In this document: positions 1 to 10,292 of the stretch, one piece after another
Position numbering within the stretch: position 1 is the stretch's first letter
Layout of the letters: each line of letters begins with the position of its first letter
Source: Coleofasciculus chthonoplastes F2-STO-03
Lineage (GTDB): Bacteria > Cyanobacteriota > Cyanobacteriia > Cyanobacteriales > Coleofasciculaceae
Assembly: GCA_040222015.1 (NCBI GenBank)
Contig: JAVJWO010000030.1
Span: forward strand, 1 to 64,000
DNA: 64,000 bases
Direction of reading: 5' to 3'
Translations under genes and position numbers: made by a program
The notes under the pieces: generated by a model
The model's database searches: none
The model's input: the letters and a program-made list of their open reading frames with translations, nothing else
What the model was told of the DNA's origin: nothing

Positions 1-108
1 CTTCTGAACAAAACCCGCCCTCCCCCCTACCGAATAACTTCTGAACAAAACCCGCCCTCCCCACTCCGAACAAAACACACCCAACAACCAACAAAGGACA
101 ACAGAGAA

Positions 109-354
109 ATGTGTTTAGGCATTCCCGGTCAAATTACTGAAATAACGAATAGAGAACATCAACTCGCCATGGTTAATATTGGCGGCGTCCAACGCCAAGT
201 TAATATTGCCTGTATTATTGATGAAAATCATCCCATTGACGCTTGTGTTAACAATTGGGTATTAGTTCACGTCGGCTTCGCTATGAATCGCCTCGACGAA
301 CAAGAAGCCGCCGAAACCTTACAATTACTCCAAGAACTCGCCTTAACCGAATAA
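109..354 (+). CDS. hypC: Hydrogenase maturation chaperone HypC
   Basis: N-terminal MCLGIPG and WVLVHVGFA motifs; lies upstream of hypD. Confidence 0.95.
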   Translation: MCLGIPGQITEITNREHQLAMVNIGGVQRQVNIACIIDENHPIDACVNNWVLVHVGFAMNRLDEQEAAETLQLLQELALTE

Positions 355-368
355 ACCCGATCAAATCT

Positions 369-445
369 GTAGGGGCGGGTTTCACTACTATCCTTTTGAA
401 ATGGTGCGTTACGCTTACGCTAACGCACCCTACACCCGCCCCGAC
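369..445. repeat. Composite GTAG-REP-like palindrome (near-identical copy at 2196-2271)
   Basis: GTAGGGGCGGGT...ACCCGCCCC arms enclose a second hairpin GGTGCGTTA...TAACGCACCCTAC. Confidence 0.8.
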
Positions 446-506
446 TAGGTTACAAATCATAGCCAATGTAGACATAATACGAATGACATAATACGAATAA
501 CAAATT

Positions 507-1649
507 ATGAAATACGTTGACGAATTTCGCGATCCCCAAAAAGCCAAAGCCCTACTGCGAGAAATCCAAACCTTAACCACTCAATTAGGCAAAACTCCCA
601 GCCAACCGCTAAAAGTGATGGAAGTCTGTGGCGGTCATACCCATTCCATCTTTAAATATGGACTCGAAGAAATCCTACCCGACACCATCGAATTAATCCA
701 TGGTCCCGGCTGTCCCGTCTGTGTCATGCCTAGGGGACGCCTAGATGACGCGATCGCGATCGCGGATTATCCTAATGTTATCCTCACCACCTTTGGTGAC
801 GCCATGCGGGTTCCTGGTTCCCAGAAAAGCCTCCTCCAAGCCAAAGCAACTGGGGCGGATATTCGTATGGTGTATTCTCCCCTAGATAGCCTGCAAATTG
901 CTAAAGACAACCCCGATAAAGAGGTAGTTTTCTTCGGACTTGGCTTTGAAACCACCGCCCCGAGTACCGCATTAACTATCCTACAAGCCGATGCTGAAGG
1001 ACTGCAAAACTTCAGTATGTTCTGCAATCACGTTCTAGTTATTCCCGCCTTACAAGCCTTATTAGACAATCCAGATTTACAACTGGATGCCTTTATTGGT
1101 CCCGGTCATGTCAGCATGGTCATTGGGACAGAACCATATCACTTTATTGCCCAACAGTACCGCAAACCCTTAGTGGTTTCCGGATTTGAACCCTTGGATA
1201 TTTTGCAATCCCTGTGGATGATTTTGCAGCAATTAATTCAAGGACGCTGTGAGGTAGAAAACCAATATAATCGCATCGTCCAACCCCAAGGAAATCGCGT
1301 CGCCTTAGACGCCATGAATACCGTCTTTGAAGTGCGGCAAAAATTTGAATGGCGAGGACTCGGTGATATTCCCAATTCCGGATTCAAAATTCGCCCCGAC
1401 TACGCCCAATTTGATGCCGAAGTTAAATTTACCCTTCCCAATCGTCAAGTTGCCGATCACAAAGCCTGTCAATGTGGCGAAATCCTCAAAGGCGTCATGA
1501 AACCTTGGCAATGTAAAGTTTTTGGTACAGCTTGTACACCAGAAAACCCGATTGGAACCTGTATGGTATCCTCAGAAGGAGCCTGTGCTGCCTACTACAA
1601 ATACGGACGCCTATCCAAAGTTACCAAAACCGCCGTCGGCATCAATTAA
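507..1649 (+). CDS. hypD: Hydrogenase maturation protein HypD
   Basis: MEVCGGHTH, GPGCPVCV, GFETT, GPGHVS and CMVSSEGACAAYY motifs. Confidence 0.97.
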   Translation: MKYVDEFRDPQKAKALLREIQTLTTQLGKTPSQPLKVMEVCGGHTHSIFKYGLEEILPDTIELIHGPGCPVCVMPRGRLDDAIAIADYPNVILTTFGDAMRVPGSQKSLLQAKATGADIRMVYSPLDSLQIAKDNPDKEVVFFGLGFETTAPSTALTILQADAEGLQNFSMFCNHVLVIPALQALLDNPDLQLDAFIGPGHVSMVIGTEPYHFIAQQYRKPLVVSGFEPLDILQSLWMILQQLIQGRCEVENQYNRIVQPQGNRVALDAMNTVFEVRQKFEWRGLGDIPNSGFKIRPDYAQFDAEVKFTLPNRQVADHKACQCGEILKGVMKPWQCKVFGTACTPENPIGTCMVSSEGACAAYYKYGRLSKVTKTAVGIN

Positions 1650-1927
1650 CCCCCTGTAGGGGCGACCCGCCTGCATAAATTAACAACACCATTCCACTCA
1701 ATGACATCGGGTCGCCCTTTACTCAATTGCATCAGGTCACCCTCTCCTCAACCCCCTGTATCAGAACGTGTTTCTTGAGAGTTAAAACAGTCGAGGGAGA
1801 ACATTTGTCAAGGTGGGTTTAGCCCCCAAACTTTATCCACCAAACCGATAATTAAACTACAAAATCCGTCTGTTTTCCCCCATACAATGCTGTTAAAACA
1901 CAGTTTTAGATTGGAGAATAAACGGTT

Positions 1928-2140
1928 ATGCCATTTGTCACTGTTCAGATTGCTAAAGGTCACTCTGTTGATCAAAAACGTGAACTTGCCAAAGCCCTCA
2001 CGGATACCCTTGTTTCCACCTTAGGCACGAAACCCGAATGGGTAACCATTCACATTGATGAATTTGATCGAGAAAATTGGGCAGTTGGCGGTGAATTACA
2101 TTCCGATAAACCCGGTAAAGGAGGTAAGCATCACACATAA
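1928..2140 (+). CDS. 4-oxalocrotonate tautomerase family protein
   Basis: N-terminal Met-Pro, about 70 aa, ENWAVGG motif; GGAG RBS upstream. Confidence 0.85.
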   Translation: MPFVTVQIAKGHSVDQKRELAKALTDTLVSTLGTKPEWVTIHIDEFDRENWAVGGELHSDKPGKGGKHHT

Positions 2141-2195
2141 AGGAGGTGGGGAAGATGAGGGAGATGGGGGAGATGAGAAAGATAGGGAAAATTGT

Positions 2196-2271
2196 GTAAG
2201 GGCGGGTTTCACTACTATCTTTTGAAATGGTGCGTTACGCTTACGCTAACGCACCCTACACCTGCCCCAAC
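2196..2271. repeat. Second copy of composite REP-like palindrome
   Basis: Near-identical to 369-445. Confidence 0.8.
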
Positions 2272-2302
2272 TACATAACAAATGACAAATGACAAATGAC
2301 AA

Positions 2303-3391
2303 ATGACAAATAATCAAAATCCTCTCTTCCAAAAAATCGAACAAATCCGACGCCGCCCTAATAAAGTTAAAGATACCGCCATCACCCTGGCACATGGTAG
2401 TGGGGGTAAAGCGATGCGGGATTTAATTGATGATATTTTTGTCGGCAGTTTCGATAACCCCATCCTCTCCCAACTCGAAGATCAAGCCACGATTCCCCTC
2501 GCCCAACTCATCAGTCAGGGGGATCGATTAGCGTTTACCACTGATTCTTATGTCGTTGATCCCCTATTTTTTCCCGGTAGTAATATTGGTGAATTAGCCA
2601 TCAATGGAACCGTCAACGATTTAGCCGTCAGTGGGGCAAAACCTCTCTATTTAACCTGTAGCATGATCATGGAAGAAGGACTTCCGGTTGAAACCTTACG
2701 GCAAGTCGTTCTGAGTATGAAAACAGCCGCCGATGCTGCTGGGGTGCAAATCGTTACGGGGGATACCAAAGTCGTTCATCGGGGTTCGGCGGATAAACTA
2801 TTTATTAATACAGCCGGAATTGGCGTTATTAGAGAAAATGTTTCTAGTTCCGCCCATCAGATTAAACCCGGTGATGCTGTAATTATTAATGGTAAATTGG
2901 GAGATCATGGCGCAGCTATTTTAATCGCCCGTGGGGAATTGGCGTTGTCAACGGATATAAAAAGCGATTGTCAACCGTTAAATGGGTTAGTGGATGCCAT
3001 TCTTGAGGTTTGTCCCCATATTCATGCTATGCGGGATGCAACTCGTGGTGGTGTCGCAACGGTGTTAAATGAATTTGCCCAAAGTTCTGAGGTGGGGATT
3101 CGTTTAGATGAAGCATCGATTCCGATTCGGGAAGAGGTGAAGGGCGTTTGTGAAATATTAGGATTAGATCCGTTATATCTTGCCAATGAAGGGAAACTGG
3201 TGGTTATTGTAGCGCGATCGCACGCTGAATCAGTATTATCGGCGATGAAGTCTCATCCGGCGGGAAAGGATTCCTCTATTATTGGTGAAGTGATTGATTC
3301 ACCGGCGGGTGTAGTGTTACTGCAAACGGCGTTTGGGGCGGAACGGATTGTTGATATGCTGGTGGGGGATCAACTTCCTAGAATTTGTTAA
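2303..3391 (+). CDS. hypE: Hydrogenase maturation protein HypE
   Basis: HGSGG, FTTDSYVV, RDATRGG and C-terminal PRIC. Confidence 0.97.
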   Translation: MTNNQNPLFQKIEQIRRRPNKVKDTAITLAHGSGGKAMRDLIDDIFVGSFDNPILSQLEDQATIPLAQLISQGDRLAFTTDSYVVDPLFFPGSNIGELAINGTVNDLAVSGAKPLYLTCSMIMEEGLPVETLRQVVLSMKTAADAAGVQIVTGDTKVVHRGSADKLFINTAGIGVIRENVSSSAHQIKPGDAVIINGKLGDHGAAILIARGELALSTDIKSDCQPLNGLVDAILEVCPHIHAMRDATRGGVATVLNEFAQSSEVGIRLDEASIPIREEVKGVCEILGLDPLYLANEGKLVVIVARSHAESVLSAMKSHPAGKDSSIIGEVIDSPAGVVLLQTAFGAERIVDMLVGDQLPRIC

Positions 3392-3429
3392 ATCTTTCAC
3401 TCAAATCTACTTTCGTTAAATTCGCCTGA

Positions 3430-3615
3430 GTCACTCTCTTTCTTTGCCTCAACGACTACAAAATAGGGCTTATCAAACACCACAGTTCCCAAAGGAGAGC
3501 GCTTTGCCACAATATAATCAGGAGTCCCTGATAAGTTTTCATCGTAGGTCAATGCTTGGTGACTCCAGAGCAGGAAATTGCGGCGATAAGCTTTCCAAAC
3601 TTCTTTTAGTCCTTT
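3430..3615 (-). pseudogene. Fragment of cyanobacterial PD-(D/E)XK-like hypothetical protein
   Basis: LSGTPDYIVAKRS...VVVEAKK segment with no credible start; the upstream part of the ORF is translated repeat DNA (3650-3695). Confidence 0.5.
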
Positions 3616-3897
3616 TGGTATCACGGAAAGGAAAGCACATGGCTGCCCTCTTACTCCCCTCTCCCCCGGTGGGAGAGGGGCTGGGGGTGAGGGGTTTGAG
3701 CTTAAGTTGACACAGATGGCAAGGCTTGCGCTACTAAAACGGTGATTCAAATGGAGCATCATAGCGAATTACTTTACCGCGTAGAGGATAAGGATTTGAA
3801 TTGAGAGGTCGAAGATGACGTTCTAACTAAAGTGCTTACTACAAACAAAGCCCTCTGCGGCAGGTGTAATCTGACCTTTGCTTAACCTTAAGAGCCA

Positions 3898-4437
3898 TTA
3901 TTCAGCACTCAGCAATGTTTCCAGAACCTCATGGATTTCATGCTTAATCTCATCCGATTTCCTCTGAAAAAAATCTGCCAGGTTATACCCTAGCACTTGT
4001 TCACAAAAGGCATATAGAGAGATTTGTGGATCACCATTCATTGTGCCAATCAGAATTCCACAACGGTTGTTCCGATATCTCAACACAATATCTGAATCTA
4101 TTTGTGCTGAAAATATGGCAAAGACAGGCAGATAATCATTTGCCCAAGCCACTGTAGCATTGTCTATGTCAGCATTCTGACGCTTGCTATCTTTGCTCTT
4201 ATATCCCTGTCTCACCTCAAATACAATACCATTGTAGGGTTGAGTCACTTCACCTAAGCCATTGTCAAGTATCTAAACCAACCCAAGAATAAAACGAATC
4301 AGCCCCGTAGAGGACTTTAAATTCTTGAACTGAGAAACCTTTATTTGAGTTTCCCTGACCAAACTTTGGGCGATAGTCTTTGCATTTTCTAATCGGTTGA
4401 AGAAAGGTTTCTAGATACTCCTGTTCATCTGGCACAT
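3898..4437 (-). pseudogene. Type II restriction endonuclease-like gene, split and probably internally deleted
   Basis: Two fragments: ...PIRKCKDYRPKFGQG...YSWVGLDT* and ...FEVRQGYKSKDSKRQNADID...; no methylase adjacent. Confidence 0.55.
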
Positions 4438-4540
4438 TAAGCTGTAATGCATTTAAATTGGGTATTAGTAGCGAGCAAGATGCTCGCACTACAAGGATTG
4501 TGCCATTATTGATATTAAGGTTTAAATGCCGAACAGCTTA
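4438..4540. mobile_element. MITE, TAAGCTG...CAGCTTA terminal-repeat family
   Basis: 20-bp imperfect TIRs TAAGCTGTAATGCATTTAAA / TTTAAATGCCGAACAGCTTA; internal GCGAGCAAGATGCTCGC palindrome; related copies at 30740-30829, 32589-32615 and 56059-56335. Confidence 0.8.
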
Positions 4541-4694
4541 TTGGTCATTGATCAATTGATATCATGTCCGGCGAAACAGTCATCATTTCCTTTTCTCTGG
4601 CAACCTTATTTCTTACCTTCTGCCTTGGACTCTTCTGCCCTCTACCTTAGATTAATGTGATTTTAGGGGTACGAGATATCGTACCCCAATCAAC

Positions 4695-5912
4695 TTAGGG
4701 ATCGAGCCAACGATCATCCGCTTTAATCAAATTAATCAACTCCTCAACCCCCTGATCTTCCGGCACCTTCTTAATCTCTTCCCGCCCCCGATACAGGGAA
4801 ATATAACCGGGTTGCTTACCCACATAGCCATAATCCGCATCTGCCATTTCCCCTGGACCATTGACAATACAACCCATCACGGCAATATCTAAACCTGTCA
4901 GGTGTTTCGTCGCTTCCCGAACTTCGTGCAGTACGTCTTCTAAATTAAACAATGTACGACCGCAGGACGGACAGGCGACATATTCTACCATGGTTTTCCG
5001 CAGTCCCAACGCCTGGAGAATGCTATAGCAAACTGGGATTTCTTTTTCTGGCGCTTCCGTCAGGGAAACGCGAATGGTATCGCCAATCCCTTCCGCTAAT
5101 AGCGTACCAATACCCGCTGTAGATTTAATCCGTCCATATTCCCCATCACCGGCTTCTGTAACACCTAGATGCAAGGGATAATCCATCCCCAACTCATCCA
5201 TGCGCCGTACCATCAACCGATACGCCGCCAGCATAACGGGAACACGGGAGGCTTTCAGGGAAATCACCAAATTGCGGAAGTCGAGGGATTCACAGATTCG
5301 GATAAATTCCAGCGCCGATTCCACCATCCCTTCCGGGGTATCGCCGTAGGTAAATAGCATCCGTTCCGCCAAGGAACCGTGATTCACCCCAATTCGCATC
5401 GCTTTCCCTTGATCCCGTAGGGAAATGACCAGGGGTGCTAAAGTTTCCTTAATCTTTGCGCCAATTTGTTCAAATTCAGCTTGAGTATACTCCGTGCGAT
5501 CGCTCTTTGGTTTCTCGAACACATATAACCCTGGATTGATCCGCACTTTATCTACATGCTTGGCGACTTCTAGGGCTATTTTCATCCCATTGTGGTGAAC
5601 ATCAGCCACCAAGGGAACATCTTGGTACGTCTGAATCAGTTTCTCCTTGATTTGGGCGAGGGCTTTAGCGTGCGCCATACTGGGAACCGTGACTCGGACT
5701 ATCTCACAGCCAATTTCATGCAAGCGGCGAATCCCCGCCACGGAACCCTCAAGATCTAAGGTATCTTCATTAATCATCGACTGCACCACCACCGGATGTC
5801 CGCCCCCAATCGTGATATTCCCGACGGATACCGGGCGGGTTTGGCGACGGTGGATAACGGTATCTAATGCTGGGGGTTTGGGGGCAGTTTGAGGGGTTGG
5901 AAGTGTTTGCAT
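4695..5912 (-). CDS. ispG: (E)-4-hydroxy-3-methylbut-2-enyl-diphosphate synthase
   Basis: [29 protein letters not shown] and [10 protein letters not shown] motifs. Confidence 0.97.
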   Translation of the reverse strand: MQTLPTPQTAPKPPALDTVIHRRQTRPVSVGNITIGGGHPVVVQSMINEDTLDLEGSVAGIRRLHEIGCEIVRVTVPSMAHAKALAQIKEKLIQTYQDVPLVADVHHNGMKIALEVAKHVDKVRINPGLYVFEKPKSDRTEYTQAEFEQIGAKIKETLAPLVISLRDQGKAMRIGVNHGSLAERMLFTYGDTPEGMVESALEFIRICESLDFRNLVISLKASRVPVMLAAYRLMVRRMDELGMDYPLHLGVTEAGDGEYGRIKSTAGIGTLLAEGIGDTIRVSLTEAPEKEIPVCYSILQALGLRKTMVEYVACPSCGRTLFNLEDVLHEVREATKHLTGLDIAVMGCIVNGPGEMADADYGYVGKQPGYISLYRGREEIKKVPEDQGVEELINLIKADDRWLDP

Positions 5913-6022
5913 AACCTATCGGGATAATTTCTTTAGCTAAACTATCTGTATGTTCTCTATTCTCCCAGATTGCCACAGTTGGGGCGTTTTTGGGTTAAGG
6001 CAAGAGAAAGTGCGATCGCGCT

Positions 6023-6112
6023 GTTCGTAGTGAGCGCTGTCTTCGCTTCTGACTCCCCTCAGTTCACTCCAATTTCAACGTTCGTAGTGAGCGCTGTCTT
6101 CGCTTCCGACTC
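6023..6112. repeat. Two direct copies of a ~33-bp GTTCGTAGTGAGCGCT... REP-like unit
   Basis: GTTCGTAGTGAGCGCTGTCTTCGCTTCYGACTC at 6023 and 6080; related arm at about 19450. Confidence 0.7.
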
Positions 6113-6114
6113 AA

Positions 6115-6318
6115 CTACTCCGGAAAATCAGGGATCACCCACTTGGGAGGTTCCATCATTTTCTTCCGTCGCGCCTCCTCAGCTATCTCATACATTTTAT
6201 CCAGTGACGTCTCATTAATAAATGTTGAGGCTTTAGCCGCATACTCCTTGTGGGGACATTTATCACCCAATACACAACCATTGACGCAGGCTTCAGCACA
6301 GTTTATGGTAGGTTCCAC
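6115..6318 (-). CDS. Small Cys-rich cyanobacterial hypothetical protein
   Basis: CxxxCxxGCxxxxxCP pattern; GTG start with GGAGGGGAG RBS. Confidence 0.75.
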   Translation of the reverse strand: MEPTINCAEACVNGCVLGDKCPHKEYAAKASTFINETSLDKMYEIAEEARRKKMMEPPKWVIPDFPE

Positions 6319-6479
6319 TTCTCCCCTCCTTATTTCCAGCTTCGTCGGACAATTTTAAACGCTATATCCTATTTCTCTATATTTACAAATTTTAATGCAT
6401 TTAACCGAGTCTGGGGAATATAGTCTTATTGTTTGACAACTAGCCTATATTTTTTTATAATTTAACGTTTACTATTCTT

Positions 6480-6525
6480 TGACCAATGACCAATGACCAA
6501 TGACCAATGACCAATGACCAATGAC
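6480..6525. repeat. Heptamer short tandem repeat (TGACCAA)n
   Basis: About 6 tandem units; similar STRR tracts at 2279-2310, 35674-35718 and 37885-37930. Confidence 0.9.
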
Positions 6526-6531
6526 GAATCC

Positions 6532-7380
6532 CTACCTCAATCGCTTCTTTTCCCCTTGATAGCGCAGCCACTCACCCACAAAGGCAATTGCCCCAGATGC
6601 GCCAATCAAAATTACACTCAAGGCATTAATATCTGGTTTAACTCCAGTACGAATGCGGCTAAAAATTTCCATCGGTAGAGTTGTCGATCCGGTTCCAGCC
6701 GTAAAGCTAGCAATCAGAAAATCGTCCATACTGAGAACAAAGGAAATTAAACACCCCGCAATTATGGCAGGCATCAATTCTGGCAATAACACTTGAATAA
6801 ACGCTTGAAACGGGGTTGCGCCTAAATCGAGTGCTGCTTCTTCCAAATACGGATCAAGACTGGAAATACGCGAAGAGACGACAAAAGCAATGTATGCCAG
6901 ACAGAATACCACATGCGCCGCCACAATTGTCCACAAACTTAATGGCGTGCCAATCACCGCCAGAAACACCAGAGTCGCCACTGCCATTGCGATATCGGGA
7001 ATAATCAACGGTAAGTAGGATACCCCACGATATAACCCCTTCCCCATAAATTGATAACGCACCAACCCCACCGCCATCAACGTGCCAATCACGGCGGAAA
7101 TAACCACAGCAACAAAAGCAACCGTCAAGCTATTTTGCAACGACTTCAGCACCCGTACATCACTAAATAGCTTAATGTACCACTCCAACGTAAATCCCTG
7201 CCACTTGGCACTATAGGCTGACTCATTAAAGCTATAAAATGTCAAGACCAAAATCGGCAGATACATATAAAAAAACATCAGCAAAGAAAATATCCCTTGC
7301 CAAGAAAAGCTCGGCTTGAGTTTAGATGATTGCATCTCGACGGGAAGTTCCTCCTGCTGATGGCTTACTGAGTCTGTCAT
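6532..7380 (-). CDS. potC: Spermidine/putrescine-type ABC transporter permease (PotC-like)
   Basis: YLPIL..YSFN, EEAALDLGA EAA loop, LSMDDF and TLPMEI motifs. Confidence 0.85.
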   Translation of the reverse strand: MTDSVSHQQEELPVEMQSSKLKPSFSWQGIFSLLMFFYMYLPILVLTFYSFNESAYSAKWQGFTLEWYIKLFSDVRVLKSLQNSLTVAFVAVVISAVIGTLMAVGLVRYQFMGKGLYRGVSYLPLIIPDIAMAVATLVFLAVIGTPLSLWTIVAAHVVFCLAYIAFVVSSRISSLDPYLEEAALDLGATPFQAFIQVLLPELMPAIIAGCLISFVLSMDDFLIASFTAGTGSTTLPMEIFSRIRTGVKPDINALSVILIGASGAIAFVGEWLRYQGEKKRLR

Positions 7381-7400
7381 CTAATGCTGCTGAAAAATGG

Positions 7401-8180
7401 TTAAATAAATCGGGTTAACTGGATACGGTAACGCTCTTTTTTGGTTATGGCAACATCTCCAACTTGCAAGCGTCCTTTACCCCGAATCGCGATTAAGTCA
7501 CCCGGTTTAACCGAGTAACTCGACTGGCTAACTTCTTTCCAGTTTACCCGCACATCACCCGCACCAATCAAATCTGCCATCTTACTGCGGGATGTGCCAA
7601 ATCCGGCTGACGCGATCGCATCTAGGCGCATCGATGCTTCGACTGTCGTCATTTCTTTCTTCTTGGGTTCTCGAATCTTGAGTTGACTCAACTCAATCGG
7701 TCGAGTTTTCACCGGCACCGAACGCACTTGAGTCAGGTGCATCTCCAGAAACTCGACAATATCTGGAATCACAATCACTTGAGCGCCGCGTTCTCCTAAG
7801 ACAATAATATCGCCAACTTTCTCTCGAACAATCCCTGTTCCCAGAATCGCGCCCAAGAAATCCCGATGCGTGGCTGGATCAAAGAGAAAATTGCCCTCAA
7901 TATCTAACGCCGCTACCTCAACCTGAGACTGATCCAGAGGTAATTCTTCACGGGTGATCCCCAGCCGTTGACGTTCAGCTTGAGGATATCCTCCCCATGA
8001 CAAAAGTTGTACCTCTGTCAACCGAGAAAACTGCTGCTGAATTTCCACCAGTACAGGCGGTGAGAGGAAATCGCTCAACACCACTTCCCAGGTTTTGATG
8101 GCTTGTTCCGCTTGATCAATCACACGGGCAACAGGATCACGATTTTCGACGCCTTTGAGTAAGTCCTCTCGTGGCAGCAT
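7401..8180 (-). CDS. Photosystem II S4 domain protein (YlmH/Sll1252 family)
   Basis: GGYPQAERQR, HRDFLGA, and C-terminal S4 domain (SMRLDAIASAGF...IRGKGR). Confidence 0.9.
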   Translation of the reverse strand: MLPREDLLKGVENRDPVARVIDQAEQAIKTWEVVLSDFLSPPVLVEIQQQFSRLTEVQLLSWGGYPQAERQRLGITREELPLDQSQVEVAALDIEGNFLFDPATHRDFLGAILGTGIVREKVGDIIVLGERGAQVIVIPDIVEFLEMHLTQVRSVPVKTRPIELSQLKIREPKKKEMTTVEASMRLDAIASAGFGTSRSKMADLIGAGDVRVNWKEVSQSSYSVKPGDLIAIRGKGRLQVGDVAITKKERYRIQLTRFI

Positions 8181-8319
8181 GAGTAATGATGAGTTATGAA
8201 TTATGCATAAGTTTGTTATTATATTTCATCTCTGAAAAAATTGCTAAAGTTATTTGTTTGGGAATAGAAACTAGCCGATGAACCGAACTGAGTACTCTAT
8301 CCTACTCTGACTTACTCCT

Positions 8320-9291
8320 ATGTCGCTGTTTTCCCTGCGAGTTTTAATCCTAACGGCTACAACCTTGTATCAAGCGATCGCCTGCTGGCGAGAAGATCGT
8401 ACACCACCACCGGGTCAACGGGTGGATGTGGGCGGTTTCTGCTTGCATTACGTTACAGCAGGCACCGGATCTCCAACCGTTGTACTCGATCATAGTTTGG
8501 GCGGAGTTGAGGGCTATTTTTTGGTGGATGAATTGGCGCAACTTGCGCGGGTTTGTATTTATGATCGTGCGGGTTTTGGCTGGAGCGATCACAGCCCTCA
8601 TCCTCGCACCAGTAATCAAATTGTCACCGAACTTGACCAGATGTTGACCCTGGCGGGTTTAGAACCTCCTTATATTTTAGTGGGCAACTCCTTTGGCAGT
8701 TACAATATGCGTCTTTACACCCATCGCTACCCTGAAAAAGTTGTAGGATTAGTCATGACTGACGGGTTACATGAATCAGCGATGTTAAAAATGCCCCTAA
8801 TCCTGCGCGGATTACAATTGTTCTTTGCGTCAGGCTTTATCCTATCCGTTTTGGGAGCAACATTGGGCATCATTCGTCTGCTAAATATAATTGGCGTATT
8901 TGAATTAATCAAACCAAAATTACGTCAGTTTTCCCTGGATTCACGTCAAGCGGTAAAACGCTCTTTCTGTCGCCCCAAACACTGGGTAACGATGACCCGA
9001 GAAATCTTGAGTTTAGATACAAGTGGTCGCCAAGTCCGCTGCGCTATTAATCTTAAGGATCTGCCGATTGTTAGTCTTAAAGCCTCTTCATTTTTCATCC
9101 CTTCACTTCTAACCGTTTTGATGCCATTGAAAGCCGCCAATCGATTACGCGATCGCATCCACGATGAGTTAGCTAAACTTTCAACCAATTGCGTGCAAAT
9201 TCCGGTTGAAAACAGTGGTCATTTTGTCTGGGTGGATCGACCCGATGCGATTATTAAAGCTGTAACAATCTTGTTGGAAACTACTGGATAA
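8320..9291 (+). CDS. Alpha/beta fold hydrolase
   Basis: YDRAGFGWS, GNSFG nucleophile elbow, SGH catalytic His. Confidence 0.85.
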   Translation: MSLFSLRVLILTATTLYQAIACWREDRTPPPGQRVDVGGFCLHYVTAGTGSPTVVLDHSLGGVEGYFLVDELAQLARVCIYDRAGFGWSDHSPHPRTSNQIVTELDQMLTLAGLEPPYILVGNSFGSYNMRLYTHRYPEKVVGLVMTDGLHESAMLKMPLILRGLQLFFASGFILSVLGATLGIIRLLNIIGVFELIKPKLRQFSLDSRQAVKRSFCRPKHWVTMTREILSLDTSGRQVRCAINLKDLPIVSLKASSFFIPSLLTVLMPLKAANRLRDRIHDELAKLSTNCVQIPVENSGHFVWVDRPDAIIKAVTILLETTG

Positions 9292-9652
9292 TAGAAAAAA
9301 TAATCAATGAATGCTAAAAACAGATCAAATGATCAATAAATAGGGGACATGAGCAAAAAGTATTACCCAGATATAGAGTCGGGTAAGCTGATAGTGTATA
9401 CATTAGATGAGTAAACCTGTATTCTCATAAGAGGGAGTGAATGGCTAGAAGTATTTCTACAGTAGATCTAAACGACTTTTTGCTTTTCGCGAATTTCCGC
9501 TTCGGCTGCTTCTCTTTGTTGATCTGTAATTTCGGATTCCGGTGATATTTTTGTGGCTTTTGGCATTTTAAACTCCAGTTCTAGCGAACATGGGTCAGGA
9601 GGCAGGGAAGAGGAAATAGGGAGTGATCACAAAAGTGTTCAATCTACTACCG

Positions 9653-10153
9653 TCATTCAGTATATCCTTGAATCGTTTCCGGCTCAAATCGCTTCAGTAG
9701 CGGGGTAGCTTGGCGAATTAAGTCCTCCGAACCTTTGACGACAATTATATATTTCCCTTGATTGAGACGATTGCGATAGGGGAGTGCGTCACCACTACCC
9801 AAGGCAATGCCAACTCCACCACCGACAAAAAAGCTGCCCATAGCTGCCGCGATCGCACCGAAGATACCGCCAATGATATGATTCCCTATGGGACTTATAG
9901 GTAGAATTTCGATCGCCGTGAGTAGGTTAAAGGCATATCCAGCCGCAAAGCCAAAAGGGAGCAACCAGTAGGCGAGTTGCTTAACTTGCTTAATGGCTTG
10001 CAGATTCGGGTCAATTAAGCCAAACTCATCAGCACTTTGGTAACCTTTCCCCAGAATCGTGACTTGATTCAGCGGCAAGCCTCTTTTTTCCAGAACTGTG
10101 TAAGCTTCTTCGGCTTCAATGCGATTTTTCAGGACAGCAATCAGGTAGTTCAT
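9653..10153 (-). CDS. Conserved cyanobacterial membrane protein
   Basis: 166-aa ORF with Gly-rich hydrophobic hairpin. Confidence 0.75.
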   Translation of the reverse strand: MNYLIAVLKNRIEAEEAYTVLEKRGLPLNQVTILGKGYQSADEFGLIDPNLQAIKQVKQLAYWLLPFGFAAGYAFNLLTAIEILPISPIGNHIIGGIFGAIAAAMGSFFVGGGVGIALGSGDALPYRNRLNQGKYIIVVKGSEDLIRQATPLLKRFEPETIQGYTE

Positions 10154-10292
10154 AGTATCAGGTAGACTAAAGCGTTACAGAGGCTTCGGAATTAAATTCA
10201 TTGACCAGACTTAGATATGACGGCAACAATCCAAAAGGCAGTTAGGGAGATGCCAACATCTCCTAAAGTAGCCAAAGTACTTATCGAAGGAG

